Source: Heteronotia binoei (taxonomy: Eukaryota). Taken from it: DNA of 64,000 nt. Every line of letters begins with the position of its first letter. Position 1 is the stretch's first letter. Both the position numbers and the translations under genes were made by a program. The stretch lies in contig NC_083224.1 of assembly GCF_032191835.1 (NCBI RefSeq), positions 34,162,001 through 34,226,000 on the forward strand. Direction: 5' to 3'. Positions 11,366-22,404 of this stretch are shown here, one piece after another. The notes under the pieces are model-generated. The model did no database searches and was not told the DNA's origin. It worked only from the letters and a program-made list of their open reading frames with translations.

Positions 11366-12767
11366 ATTAGGACTAGAGTAGTGTTTTTACTCTGATACAC
11401 TAGTTTCATGTAGGGATTTTTGTGTGTGCAGAGCAACATTCAAAAAATGTGAGCCACCTCGGTGGGAAGGGCGGGATATAAATCAAAATATAAATAAATA
11501 AATAATATCCTCCACCTTCAGACTAAAATGGCAAAATGAAGGAAGGGCTATACCACTTGATTTTGATTTATTTTATTTATTTTATGACTTCTATCCCGCC
11601 CTTCCCAACAAGTGGCTCAGGGCGGCTTACAACACAATGATCAATGCATACCTCCACTTTAAGAGAAACTGTACATGTGTCCCCTGTTGGAGAGTCACTT
11701 AGAGAGGATTCTGACGGTCATTATATGTTTTATGAACATGGGCTCTTGCTATGTCCAAGTGGCCAGACTTTGTCTTAACAAGTGGTGGCTATAGATTCTA
11801 TTACTCATTAGACATGTTTAGACATTTTAGTACTGTTCTTTCACACAACCTCTGAGGATATCAGCACTTAGCGAAGGGAAATAGCTGAATGTCTGAATCC
11901 ATAATGGAACTAAATGACATATTTCTAAAAAGCATGTATTCCCCTCTCAAGCAAAAATACAATATAATTAGTAGATGTTGCCAATTGCCCTGCTTATTGC
12001 TGTTACAATCAACCAACCAACCAAAAGAACACAAAATATTATAGAAGTGTTTGAGTTCTCCAGAATTCCTGGAAGGGGATGGGGGTAATTTTGGTCCTAA
12101 TCTGATGACTACACATCTGCATCCTATGTTGGGTAGATTAGGTGGAGCAGACTTCTGAGAAGAAGAGGGGGACAATGGAAGCTGCTAGTTGAAAATGTGA
12201 AAAACAGTAGATGATCTGTTAAAAACCAATAGATGGTCAAATGCCAAACAGAACAGGTCACTTAAAAGGCTGAAAGCAGAAGGAAAATGTTGTAGTTGTT
12301 AGATCAACAAAGATGGAGACTTACTTTTGGATGATGCTCTATGTAAACAAAGTCAGATTGGGTAATATTGCTTAATGATGGGGAAGCAAAAAACCCTGTA
12401 TCTTCCATTTGAAGAATCTCTCTGGTTATTGATTATGATACTTCCAAACAGACAGGGGTGGCTTTACATCAAATATTTAGCACCTACTCTTAAAAACAAA
12501 TTGGGGTCAAGATGCATTTATGAAATACACACGTTTCCCCACTGCTCACAGCTACACTGTATTTGGCAGTTTGAGAGGTTTAGATTAAAAAAAAAACCAT
12601 ATGAACATGAGGTGGAGCTAGTGAGTCAATTAATTTGAAAAATTTTGGAGTTTCAAGTGTGGAAAAATAATTCATTCTTGTGCTGTGGAAAACTTTGCAA
12701 CACTTTTTTAGAAAAATGAACATGTACTTGTGATTTATGATTCTATCTTTTAACATTTGTTTTGTAG

Positions 12768-12864
12768 GTTTTAGCAGATTTCATGGATCGAATAGACACA
12801 CTTTGCAACAAGAATGGAGAAATAGAAGATTTGTATTCTGAACTGAACAAGTGGTCATTTGAAA
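12768..12864 (+). CDS. CYP24A1: CYP24A1 exon 4 ([10 protein letters not shown]...LNKWSFE)
   Basis: TAG/GTAAGT boundaries, 97 bp, in frame. Confidence 0.96.
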
Positions 12865-13859
12865 GTAAGTTTTTGCCTTAATTCATAACTCTGGGTCAGA
12901 TATGTTGTACTGTACACTTGATTCTTTTCTGATGTCCAGTTTCTAGCTGTGACAGATTCTTTTCTATATGAAGGGGGAAAAAATGAAAGAACCTTTTACT
13001 GTTTAATAGGTTAGTAATACCCTCTTAGGAACAGAGTATAGTCTAGTTGCTGATCTTCAGTTGGTAGGTTAAGGTTTGCAAATGGATCACACTTTGATCA
13101 AACATGTTTGTATTTTTGGTTGCTTATATGCAACCTCTCCAGACATATATGAAGCCAGCTGACAATAGATCAATGCAAAGCCATTGGAAATGATGCCGTG
13201 CAACTCTGCAAACTATGGACTGTGATGACCCCAAGTTGAACATACATATGTGGAGATCAGAATATACTACCATTGTTTGGAGTGTTTGGTGGGGGTGTGG
13301 AGAGACCAAGAAAGAAAAGAAGAAATAAGTGCATACAGGCAGAAAGAGAACAAATCCAGAAATGATTGTGAAGAAAAGCAAGTTCCATAGATACTATTTC
13401 TCCCTTGCTTTACAAGGTGTACTCACCAAAATCTCGTATTTTGTATGAGAACCCTTTTCTGCTTTCTGTCTCATTACCCTAGCTCTTTAAAATGTGGTGA
13501 AAGACAGTCATGTACAGCTAAATTTCAAAAGCGAATTCCTGTACAGTAGGATGGGGTACATTCCAGTGAACACATAGAAACTGCTATGTAAAAATCTTGG
13601 TTTTCTCTCTTGACCTTCATTCTCAAAACCAAAAAAGTGAAACCTGAAGTGCAGCAATATTCACCTTCATTTGCTTGCAATTACGTCACTGGTATCTTGT
13701 TCCTTCCCCTGCCATTGGAATTTCAGCTATAAGCTTCTCACGTCAAGGAGCTAGGGGGTATCTATTTGTTTGTGCTTACAATGTGAGTGTGTGTGTGTGG
13801 GGGGGGGACGTCTCATATGCCCAACCACACTGAATAAATGACTCTTGTTTTCCGAACAG

Positions 13860-13951
13860 GCATGTGTCTGGTGCTGTACGGGAAGAGGTTCGGGCTCCTG
13901 CAACAGAATGTGGGAGATGAAGGCTTGAACTTTATCAAGGCCGTCAAGACG
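13860..13951 (+). CDS. CYP24A1: CYP24A1 exon 5 ([15 protein letters not shown]...FIKAVKT)
   Basis: CAG/GTAAGA boundaries, 92 bp, in frame. Confidence 0.96.
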
Positions 13952-14120
13952 GTAAGACGTTTTCCCCTCTAACTGTGTTAGACAGTTGATGTTTCACTTA
14001 AGTGGAGGTCCAGAAGTCCTTATAGGCATACCCTGTGCAGTTTGCATTGAGAGGGATGGGTTTTTCGTGTTGGAGTAAGCAGGGTCTGGGGTACAAAAGA
14101 AAAGAAGATGACTCTGTATT

Positions 14121-14264
14121 TCTAAATACAAAAGTCTGGCAGGCTCACACAAAGGCATGGGATCATATCTTCAAGACAGATAACTAACTGGGCACCTGCA
14201 GAAGCAGCAAATATGTTCTATGGCTCAAACTCCTTCTGGTTTAAATCCCCTACCAACAGCTTGC
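14121..14264 (+). pseudogene. CYP24A1: Partial duplicate of CYP24A1 exon 6 and intron 6 start, donor GT mutated to AT
   Basis: 144 bp matching 15198-15341 with 5 substitutions. Confidence 0.92.
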
Positions 14265-14543
14265 TAATTAGAAGAAGAAGAAGATATTAGATTTATATCC
14301 CATTCTCCACTCAGAGTCTCAGAGTGGCTCACAATCTCCTTTATCTTCCTCCCCCACAACAAGACACCCTGTGAAGTGGGTGGGGCTGAGAGGGCTCACA
14401 CAGAAGCTGTCCTTTCAAGGACAACTCTGCAAGAGCCATGGCTGACTCAAGTCCATTCCAGCAGGTGCAAGTGGAGGAGTGGGGAATCAAACCCAGTTCT
14501 CCTAGATAAGAGTCTGTGCACTTAACCACTACACCAAACTGGC
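14265..14543 (-). mobile_element. Squam3-like tRNA SINE
   Basis: Reverse complement of ccagtttggtgtagtggttaagtg head and (ttc)n tail; same family at about 32715-32963, 36332-36505, 45327-45545, 48813-49028, 57996-58270. Confidence 0.75.
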
Positions 14544-15144
14544 AAACTAGATAGGAAAGTGGGATTTACACCTTTTTCCCTGTTCTTCATCTGTCTCCAG
14601 ATTGCTACTGTTAGCAATCCTCTCAGAGGTTCTGCACAACAGAACTCTCTCACTCTCACTCTCTCACTCAGCAAGGTAGCTAGGAATCGATATCACTTTT
14701 CTTTAATCAGAAACTAACATGCTTGATAGTAAAGCTTTCTGTGCTCTTTAATCAGTTTGAATGGTAATTACTGGGTAATCACCCTGCCAACAATTCATAG
14801 AGGTAGCTGATATCTTTTTCCTGGAATGAATGAACAGACAAGGCATCCAGGATAGAGGTGGGCCATACCTGTCCAGCTCTTTCACACTCATTGGATGCTA
14901 CAGTATTTCAGGAGACAAAGTCTCCCTGGTCAGGTCATGAACCTGTGACTTATTTCAAGAGCCAGTGTGGAAACCTTTACCACTCATTCCAGTTTTTCCT
15001 CGGAGTCCCCAGTAAAAGTTCAGCCAAATTGGTGAAACCACAGGTCTGCTACAGTGGAAAGTCCCAGCTCCTCCTTGCCTCTTCTGCTTCCATTCTGTAT
15101 TTTTGTTGCACATTTTACAACTGACATTTATTTGTTTTTTGTAG

Positions 15145-15256
15145 ATGATGAGCAGTTTTGGAATGATGATGGTGACTCCAGTTGAGCTCCACAAAAGTCT
15201 AAATACAAAAGTCTGGCAGGCTCACACAAAGGCATGGGATCATATCTTCAAGACAG
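15145..15256 (+). CDS. CYP24A1: CYP24A1 exon 6 ([37 protein letters not shown])
   Basis: TAG/GTAACT boundaries, 112 bp, in frame. Confidence 0.96.
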
Positions 15257-16040
15257 GTAACTAACTGGGCACCTGCAGAAGCAGCAAATATGTTCTGTGG
15301 CTCGAACTCCTTCTGGTTTAAATCCCCCACCAACAACTTGCATGGCAAAGTCAGCTGCCATCTTCTGACTGGAAGGGAAATTTGACAGTTGGGTGGAGGA
15401 GAGGGGCCGTGGCTCAGTGACAGAGCATCTTCTTGACATGCCAGAGATCCCAGGATCAATCTCTGGTACCTCTAGTTAAAAGGACTAGGTAGGAATTGGT
15501 GCGAAAGAGACCCTGGAGAGCTGCTGCTGGTCTGGCAATACTCACCTTGATGGACTGATTCAGTATAAGGTGGCTTCATGTGTGGGACTAAGTATTTTCT
15601 GTTAAAAAAAAAATCCCCCAATGCAGTAAGCCACCTGTAGCTCTTCAGCATACCACCTGTGGTTCTTCTGAGCACTGTTCCTCTAAAGCAGGAAAGTGGG
15701 CTGTGCCCTTACCTGACAAGGTTTGTGGTTGGCAAGTGGTTCCCAGTGCTGGAGAGACAAGCAGTAAACTTCCCTGAAGTGCAGGCCTTACACCAGGGAT
15801 GGAAGTATATGCGGCTCTTTTTCTTGATAGTTTAAGTGCCAATGTGGCTCTCCATGAACTCTGGATTGAATTCCACTGTCATAAACTCATATCTGGAAGA
15901 AGGCTAGTGTAGGATTGTTTTCCTTGATTCCTTTGTTTTGTGCATGTGGAGTTTTTAAAAATGTAATGTGGAAGAGCCCTGTAAGTGACCCTTTTTGTTT
16001 CTTGATGATCACTCGTGGTTTTTCTCCTTTCCTTCCTCAG

Positions 16041-16186
16041 CAAAGCGTTCCATCAACAGCAGGCTGAAGAAATACTCTGCCAACCCCAGCGAAGATTTCC
16101 TTTGTGACATTTATTTTGGGAGCCGGCTTTCAAAGAAAGAGTTGTACGCAGCCATCACAGAGTTTCAGATTGCAGGAGTGGAAACG
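16041..16186 (+). CDS. CYP24A1: CYP24A1 exon 7 (I-helix ...TEFQIAGVET)
   Basis: CAG/GTAAGC boundaries, 146 bp; AGVET oxygen-binding motif. Confidence 0.96.
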
Positions 16187-17876
16187 GTAAGCAGAAGTTG
16201 CATTTTCTGCATTAAGAAAGAGCACACTGCATGACTTTCAGCTGTCTGTAACAGTGGCCTTCCCTTGCAATTGAATACGATTCTCTTTGTCTCATTTTGA
16301 GTACTCGCTGTTTAATAGATCATGGTTCAGACATGAGCCCTCCAGGGTGTCAGAGGTCTTTCACAGCACCTACGTCCTGATCTTTTTTTTAACAGGAAAT
16401 GAACCTGGGTCTTCTGTGCGCAAAGCAGTTACTCTACTAGTGAGCAACAGCCCTTCCCCAGAACTGCATCTCCATGTAGTTTTCTCTTCTCTGGCCAAAT
16501 CACAGGTAGAATTTGCCAGTAGAATCCAGGCCACAGGTTTCCAAACCAAATGCAACCTGAAGATTCCACCCAAGGCAGCCAGTGTGGGTTGGCCATACAA
16601 ACTTTTGATTCATATGGCAAGTTCTACAAAGTGACAAGACCAAGGAGTGATCATGAGATGCTGATCCCTGCTGTGAGGACTAGAAGGTGAATGCTCATAG
16701 TTCTGGCATATTGATGGCCCTGCAGCCAACTAAGAGAACAGTCTCATGCAAGACAGTGATGTGGGGCTCACCTTTGCACTACAGTTTGCTCACCATCTCC
16801 TTTCTCAGCTCTTCTGACTACCCCAGTGAGTGAAGAATAGGTGGTGTGTGCTGCAGGAAAGAAGCCATAAAAGATTAAATCTGCCTGTTGAGCAAGGCAT
16901 ACTCTTGAGGTGGGGCACCTGCCAGTGCCTAGAGGTTTTAATAGAGCCCACTGCTGCCAACTATTCACCTGTGCACCCCCCCCCCTCCCGCAATGCTTGC
17001 AATGCCTGCCTTTCCCCTACCTGGTTGCAAGGGCTCTTGTTACCTGAGCTCCTGGCTGCATGTGCTGCCCAGCTCTGCCAGGGAAGGATGTGCACCCTGG
17101 CATTTCTCCCAGTAGTCACAAGGTGGTACTCTGTCTGCTCCCCCTCCACCCAAAAAACCTGGAACATGCGCTGCTACTGGGCAAATGGCCAAAGGGGGGA
17201 AGAATCCAAACCTTTGGGCTAGGTTTTTTTTGCTATTGATATTCAAGGAAAAGTGAAATAATTGTTTCAAAGGTAAGTGCTTCTCACAGCCGCTGTGGAC
17301 AAATGTGTATGTTAGATCGGCATCCCAGGTTCCATTCTCTCCCAAAGTGGTTGTGAAGATGAAATGGGATAATCCCACACACTCCATCTTGAGCTTCTTG
17401 TCAGAAGGGTAAAATTTGACAGCAGTAGCCAACCTTTTGAGTGGCAGCTCGAGTTATGACATGACTGGTTATAGGTTATATAAATCTGCCCATGTTGGGT
17501 CGTCCCTGGACTACAGTTACATAAATTCAAGTCAACTTTTTATCTGAATAAGAAATCCTCATTCTTGATGCTTTAAATCCTGTACTCCTGCAAAGAACAA
17601 GTGGCCCGATTTTTTAAGATATGTCCTTGTTTTTATAATAGAAAGCAGGCAGTGGCAAGTATATTCCTGAGGCATAGTCTGCCACAGCCAAAATAACATG
17701 AGAGTCATGTGGCAAAAGAGTTGTTGTGACTAATAAGTTCATTGTGGCATACACTGTGAGCCAGAGCCCACTGTAGAAAGAATACGCATATTTTGAATGT
17801 TTCGCCATTGATTTGTCACATTAATTACTGAGCCTGCCAGGATCTGAGGCGCTGAATTTTTCTGCTCATGTTTCAG

Positions 17877-18043
17877 ACTGCCAACAGTTTGCTCTGGGCT
17901 CTCTATAACATCTCACGCAACCCACACGTCCAGGAGAAACTGCTTGAGGAAATACAGAGTGTGCTTGGGGCTGGAGAGAGCCCAAGCGCTGAACACTTGA
18001 AGAAAATGTCCTATTTGAAGTCCTGTCTGAAGGAATCTATGAG
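17877..18043 (+). CDS. CYP24A1: CYP24A1 exon 8 ([16 protein letters not shown]...LKESMR)
   Basis: CAG/GTAAAG boundaries, 167 bp; K-helix ExxR motif split across the junction. Confidence 0.96.
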
Positions 18044-18639
18044 GTAAAGTGTTCTGTGTAGACTTGTTGGCATGTAAAGGAATGCTGTGTTTTGTTTTTG
18101 CCACTTGGTTTCAGTCGGCTGTGAAGGATAATACATGTGATAATATGGAATAGACCACAGTCCTGTTTTTTTGATAGCAGTATTCATTATATACAATAGT
18201 TCCCCCTGCAGGTATTTATACATTCCAAAATGTTCAAAGCACTTTTCATGCAGTGTCTTTAACACCCTATAGATCCAGGAGGGCAGTCATGTTGGTCTGA
18301 AGCAGTAGGACAAAGCTTGAGTTCGGTGGCACCTTTAAGACCAACAGAGGTTTATTTCAGTTATGAGCTTTTGTGTGCAAGCATTCTTCCTCAGATACAA
18401 TGGAATGGCTTTTATTTCTGTTTTCATTATGTTATATCTGAAGAGGTATGCTTGCAAGGTGCCACTTCCTTCTTAACACCCTACGTTACACCAGAATTAA
18501 CTGTGTTGCAGAAAGGCAAGCTACACTTCTCTAGGTTTCCAAAGCCAGCTAGGTTTGAACTTCCCTACCGTTATATATCCCTGTTAGAAGTAACTTGTTT
18601 GAATAAAATAGTAAAGAAACTGTATTTATTTTGCTCTAG

Positions 18640-18718
18640 GCTGACTCCCTCTGTGCCATTTACCAGTCGGACCCTTGATAAAGAAACAACCCTTGGAGAC
18701 TGTGTGCTTCCTAAAGGG
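18640..18718 (+). CDS. CYP24A1: CYP24A1 exon 9 (RLTPSVPFTSRTL...LPKG)
   Basis: TAG/GTGAGT boundaries, 79 bp, in frame. Confidence 0.96.
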
Positions 18719-20144
18719 GTGAGTATATATTTCTACTACCCAAGGCAACTATGCATATCCAAGGCACACAGCCCCGTCCCTAAACGCTCTTCTTCCCTAG
18801 TCAGTGGGGTAGGTCCTTTATGTGAATCTAGGAAGAATGTGGTTCGAGGGGATGGGGATGTGCGCTTTTGTATTTTATTGCTTTCCATACTTTCAGCCGT
18901 TTTGTGGAAGCACAGTGGGCTGAGTCATATTGGACGAGTTTGAGAGCCAGCTTGGTATTCATATCACTTAACAGGGTTGGTCATTTTGACAGTTTCTAAA
19001 ATGACAAGGATCCCAGCATGATTTTTGAGGCTTCAATAGTTGCATGGCAGGCAAATATATACAGGTACATCTCAGGCTGTACCACCTTTTCACAGCATGC
19101 AGATACAGTGTTGTGGCACACATCCCATGCTGAATTTTTGTTCTTTTAAAGATGCAGATGCCCTTGCAGGGGGAAATACCACATTTTCTTAAAGCCTTTT
19201 CCCTTAATGTTTCCATGGTAAGGGAAGACTGCGTTCTCTCCCTGCCCCCACCTCCACCTCTCCTCTCTATGAATTCAGACAGGGTTATAGCATCACTTTG
19301 TGCAAGCTACAGGTAAGTCCAAACATTGAAAGCAGGTTGCTGGCTAAGGCTTGACATGTCCCAGGGTCAAAATATTGACCTCTGTTGCAACTTTGTTTAA
19401 AACTTTAAAGCATTTAAAGACTGAAAGCTTGCAGGCAAGGAATATTCTGTGTTTCAGTGACTCTTTCAGTGTCAAAATAGCTGTAGGTGACCTACCTTTA
19501 AAAAGACAAAAACCTGGAATGAAACCCCAGACACAGTCTCCAGTATTTTTGATTGTATATGAAGTTTAGGTCCCAAATACTCATCACATCTACCATGTGA
19601 CTACCATGGGGATATGCAGCTACAACAAGTGAGAGTTCCCAATGGGAACTCAATTCAGAACCATCTCAGAGTCCCAGTTTGGATCGGAATCATGGCATGG
19701 GGAGAGGCACTTTAAGGCCATCCCATGATGTTTTCCCAACCTGAAACAGCTCCAGGGTCATTATTTACATGGGGAGGTGGACTGTATATGCTCTGAAAGC
19801 TTACACATTCACACACACCCCAGGCAAAAAACTTGCCTCAGGACCATTTCAGGTCAGAAAAATCAGTGCATGGAGAATGCTAGTGCCCCCTCCTCTCCCC
19901 ACCCCACAGTCCCAATCCAAACTGGGCCTCTGCAGCGCTTCTGAATTGAGTTCCCATAGTAAACTCACAGCTGTCATATGGGGATCACATGGTAGTGTTA
20001 TGTATGGTTTGTCTCACAATGAACTTTGATGCAGTATCATACTATTGGTGGAGAAAACCATTTCCTTTGACTCGCACAACACTATTTTCCTTTAGCAAAA
20101 ACCGAACTTACTATCCCCCACCCCTATGGGTTTTGTCTCTGCAG

Positions 20145-20336
20145 ACAGTGTTGATGCTAAATAGCCACATCCTAGGATGCAGCGAAGAAAACTTTAGTGA
20201 CTGGACTCAGTTCAAACCCGAACGTTGGCTGCAGAAGAACATAAACCCTTTCGCTCACATTCCTTTTGGCATTGGGAAGCGGATGTGCATCGGACGCCGC
20301 TTGGCTGAGCTGCAGCTTCACTTGGCTCTTTTCTGG
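20145..20336 (+). CDS. CYP24A1: CYP24A1 exon 10 (PERW and heme-binding [10 protein letters not shown])
   Basis: CAG/GTAAGC boundaries, 192 bp; FxxGxRxCxG signature with the axial Cys (about C465). Confidence 0.97.
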
Positions 20337-20649
20337 GTAAGCTTGCAATTAACACCATATTCCCTGTGATCTTTATTTAATAAAAATTCCAGTTGTGAGG
20401 GGAAGTATGCTGTATGAACTTATCATCTTGTGTAACAATGAAAAGAGGATTTTCCTAATCCCTGAATTGTGCTATATGAATGCTTTCCTTCTTCATAAAT
20501 AGATTATATTTTTAAAAATGTTCCTCATTTTCTGACAAGATTCTGTTAAAGGAGACCTATTTTAAATAGCTTGTATCCCTCTGAAAAGAAGGCAGGGAGA
20601 GTGATTGCTGCTGATTCTCACCCAGTAGGCTCCCAGTCTTCCTTTTGTG

Positions 20650-20830
20650 CAGCCTTTTTTTGTAGCAGGAACTCTTTTGCATATTAGGCCACACACCGCT
20701 GGTGTAGCCAATCCTCCTGAAGCTTACAGTAGGCCCTGTAGTAAGAGCTCTGTAAGTTCTTGGAGGATTGGCTACAGCAGGGGTGTGCGGCCTAATATGC
20801 AAAGGAGTTCCTGCTACAAAAAAAGCCCTG
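20650..20830. mobile_element. Palindromic hAT MITE in intron 10
   Basis: Whole element is an inverted repeat; TSD CTTTTGTG / CTTTTCTG. Confidence 0.85.
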
Positions 20831-21037
20831 CTTTTCTGCATTAACAAGGGCCTGCTAACCCTCAGGATCATTATTACAGGGGACTTTCCTGTTGAAATGA
20901 ATGGAACTGGCCTGATTTTAAGGATGACTGAGTTGTGTCCTTGATTATAACTTGTGCAGACACAGATTTTGTGAGTTCCAAGAATTACCGTGTTAGCACT
21001 GGTTAAATGAAACTTTCCCTGATGTAGATGGTCCAAG

Positions 21038-21300
21038 TTAGCCCGATCTTGTCAGATTTCAAAAGTTAAACAGGGTCAGCCCTGGTTAGTTTTTGGCAGG
21101 GCTTTTTTTGTAGCAGGAGCTCATTTGCATATTAGGCCACACCCCCATGATGTAGCCAATCCTCCAAGAGATTACAGTAGACCCTGTAAAAAGAGCCCTG
21201 TAAGCTCCAGGAGGATTGGCTACATCAGAGATGCGTGGTCTAATATGCAAAGGAGTTCTGGCTACAAAAAAAGCCATGGTTCTTGGATGGGAAGCCATCA
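21038..21300 (+). mobile_element. 5S rRNA-derived SINE head split by a hAT MITE (21097-21278)
   Basis: gcccgatcttgtcagat...cagggtcagccctggttag[MITE]ttcttggatggga follows the 5S internal sequence; TSD GTTTTTGG / GTTCTTGG. Confidence 0.75.
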
Positions 21301-21509
21301 GCAGAGTCTGGGTTCACTGCATAGAGGCAGGCAATGGCATAACCACCTCTGAATGTCTTTTGCTTTGAAAACCCTATGCAGTCACCATAAGTTGGCTGTA
21401 ATTTGACAGAAATCTCTGCCCAGCTGCATAGGCCGAAAATAATTGGTTCCTAGGAAGCCTTGTTATCGGTAAGTTCCAGAGACTCAACTCTTTTCTCTTT
21501 CTCTCGCAG

Positions 21510-21621
21510 GTTGTACGGAAGTACCAGGTTATTGCAACCGATGACAAGCCAGTAGAAACCCTGCACTCCGGACTCCTGATACCCAACCGTGAAATCCCTG
21601 TTGCATTCAGAATACGATCAG
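21510..21621 (+). CDS. CYP24A1: CYP24A1 exon 11 (VVRKYQVIAT...AFRIRS), no stop codon
   Basis: Strong polypyrimidine CAG acceptor; C-terminal P450 beta region; ends TCAG|GTAAAG donor, phase 1. Confidence 0.9.
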
Positions 21622-22381
21622 GTAAAGAGAAGGGCTTCCTTAGGGAATTTTTGTGGTCATGCAAGCCTAAGAGAACAGCAGAGTAAAACTAGGTGATTTT
21701 TTTTTTGGTCCTGTTTATAATGCTGAAAGTGTGGCCGATCCTGAGCATTATAGACGTGCCTAAAGAACACCTTGGGGAAAGTTGAGCATTCTTTGCAGTA
21801 GGCATGGGTGCAATGGGAGATGTTTCTTTTGCCCACTTTTGTCTGTTTCTGTAGTAGTTTGTCCATTGGTGGCCTATTCCTTATGGTAGCCACTAAAACA
21901 CTAAGAATACTGGAATTGGAATGTATTCATTTGTTGCATCCTGAGAGAAACCAGCCATTTCTATTGCATTTGGAAAGGATCTGAAGACTTTTTTACAGCC
22001 CGTTTCTAGTTCAGATGACTTCTTTCCACTAAGAATCCTCTTGCTAGAGAAAGCAAACAGGATTGGAGTCCAACCCAGTGTAGATTATCTGGGCCATAAT
22101 AGATTTCCAGTGGGGGTTTCGTTACTGAGCAAGAGGCCTGCTGAAATGTTGAGCAGTTTCTTTTTCAAATATGACTGGCAGGATTTCTTCCTCACACTTG
22201 TCGAAGATCTTGAGCAGGCTGGGTTGTTGGAATACTATTACTTCAATATACACAGCCTTGAGGTATAAAGTCAGTAACTGTTATAGTAGAACAAGTATCT
22301 CAGTCTCTGAATGGAGCTTGTGCCACATAGCCTTTTCAGAACCACAAAGTGTAAACAATGCTCTCACCTTTTCCCCCTCAG

Positions 22382-22404
22382 ATACAGTGAAAAGGAAACA
22401 GTAG
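22382..22404 (+). CDS. CYP24A1: Probable coding part of CYP24A1 exon 12 (DTVKRKQ-stop)
   Basis: Acceptor ctctcaccttttccccctcAG at 22381; phase-1 join gives GAT ACA GTG AAA AGG AAA CAG TAG. Inferred, no transcript evidence. Confidence 0.6.

Noticed and set aside
18317-18943. 208-aa ORF
   Set aside because: Only 18640-18718 is real (exon 9); the rest is intron and Penelope-derived sequence
21038-21300. 5S rRNA gene
   Set aside because: Partial, diverged and interrupted by a MITE; a 5S-derived SINE or pseudogene rather than an rRNA gene
6137-21621. Alternative identity as CYP27A1, CYP27B1 or CYP27C1
   Set aside because: [23 protein letters not shown], the 11-coding-exon layout and the promoter VDRE all fit CYP24A1
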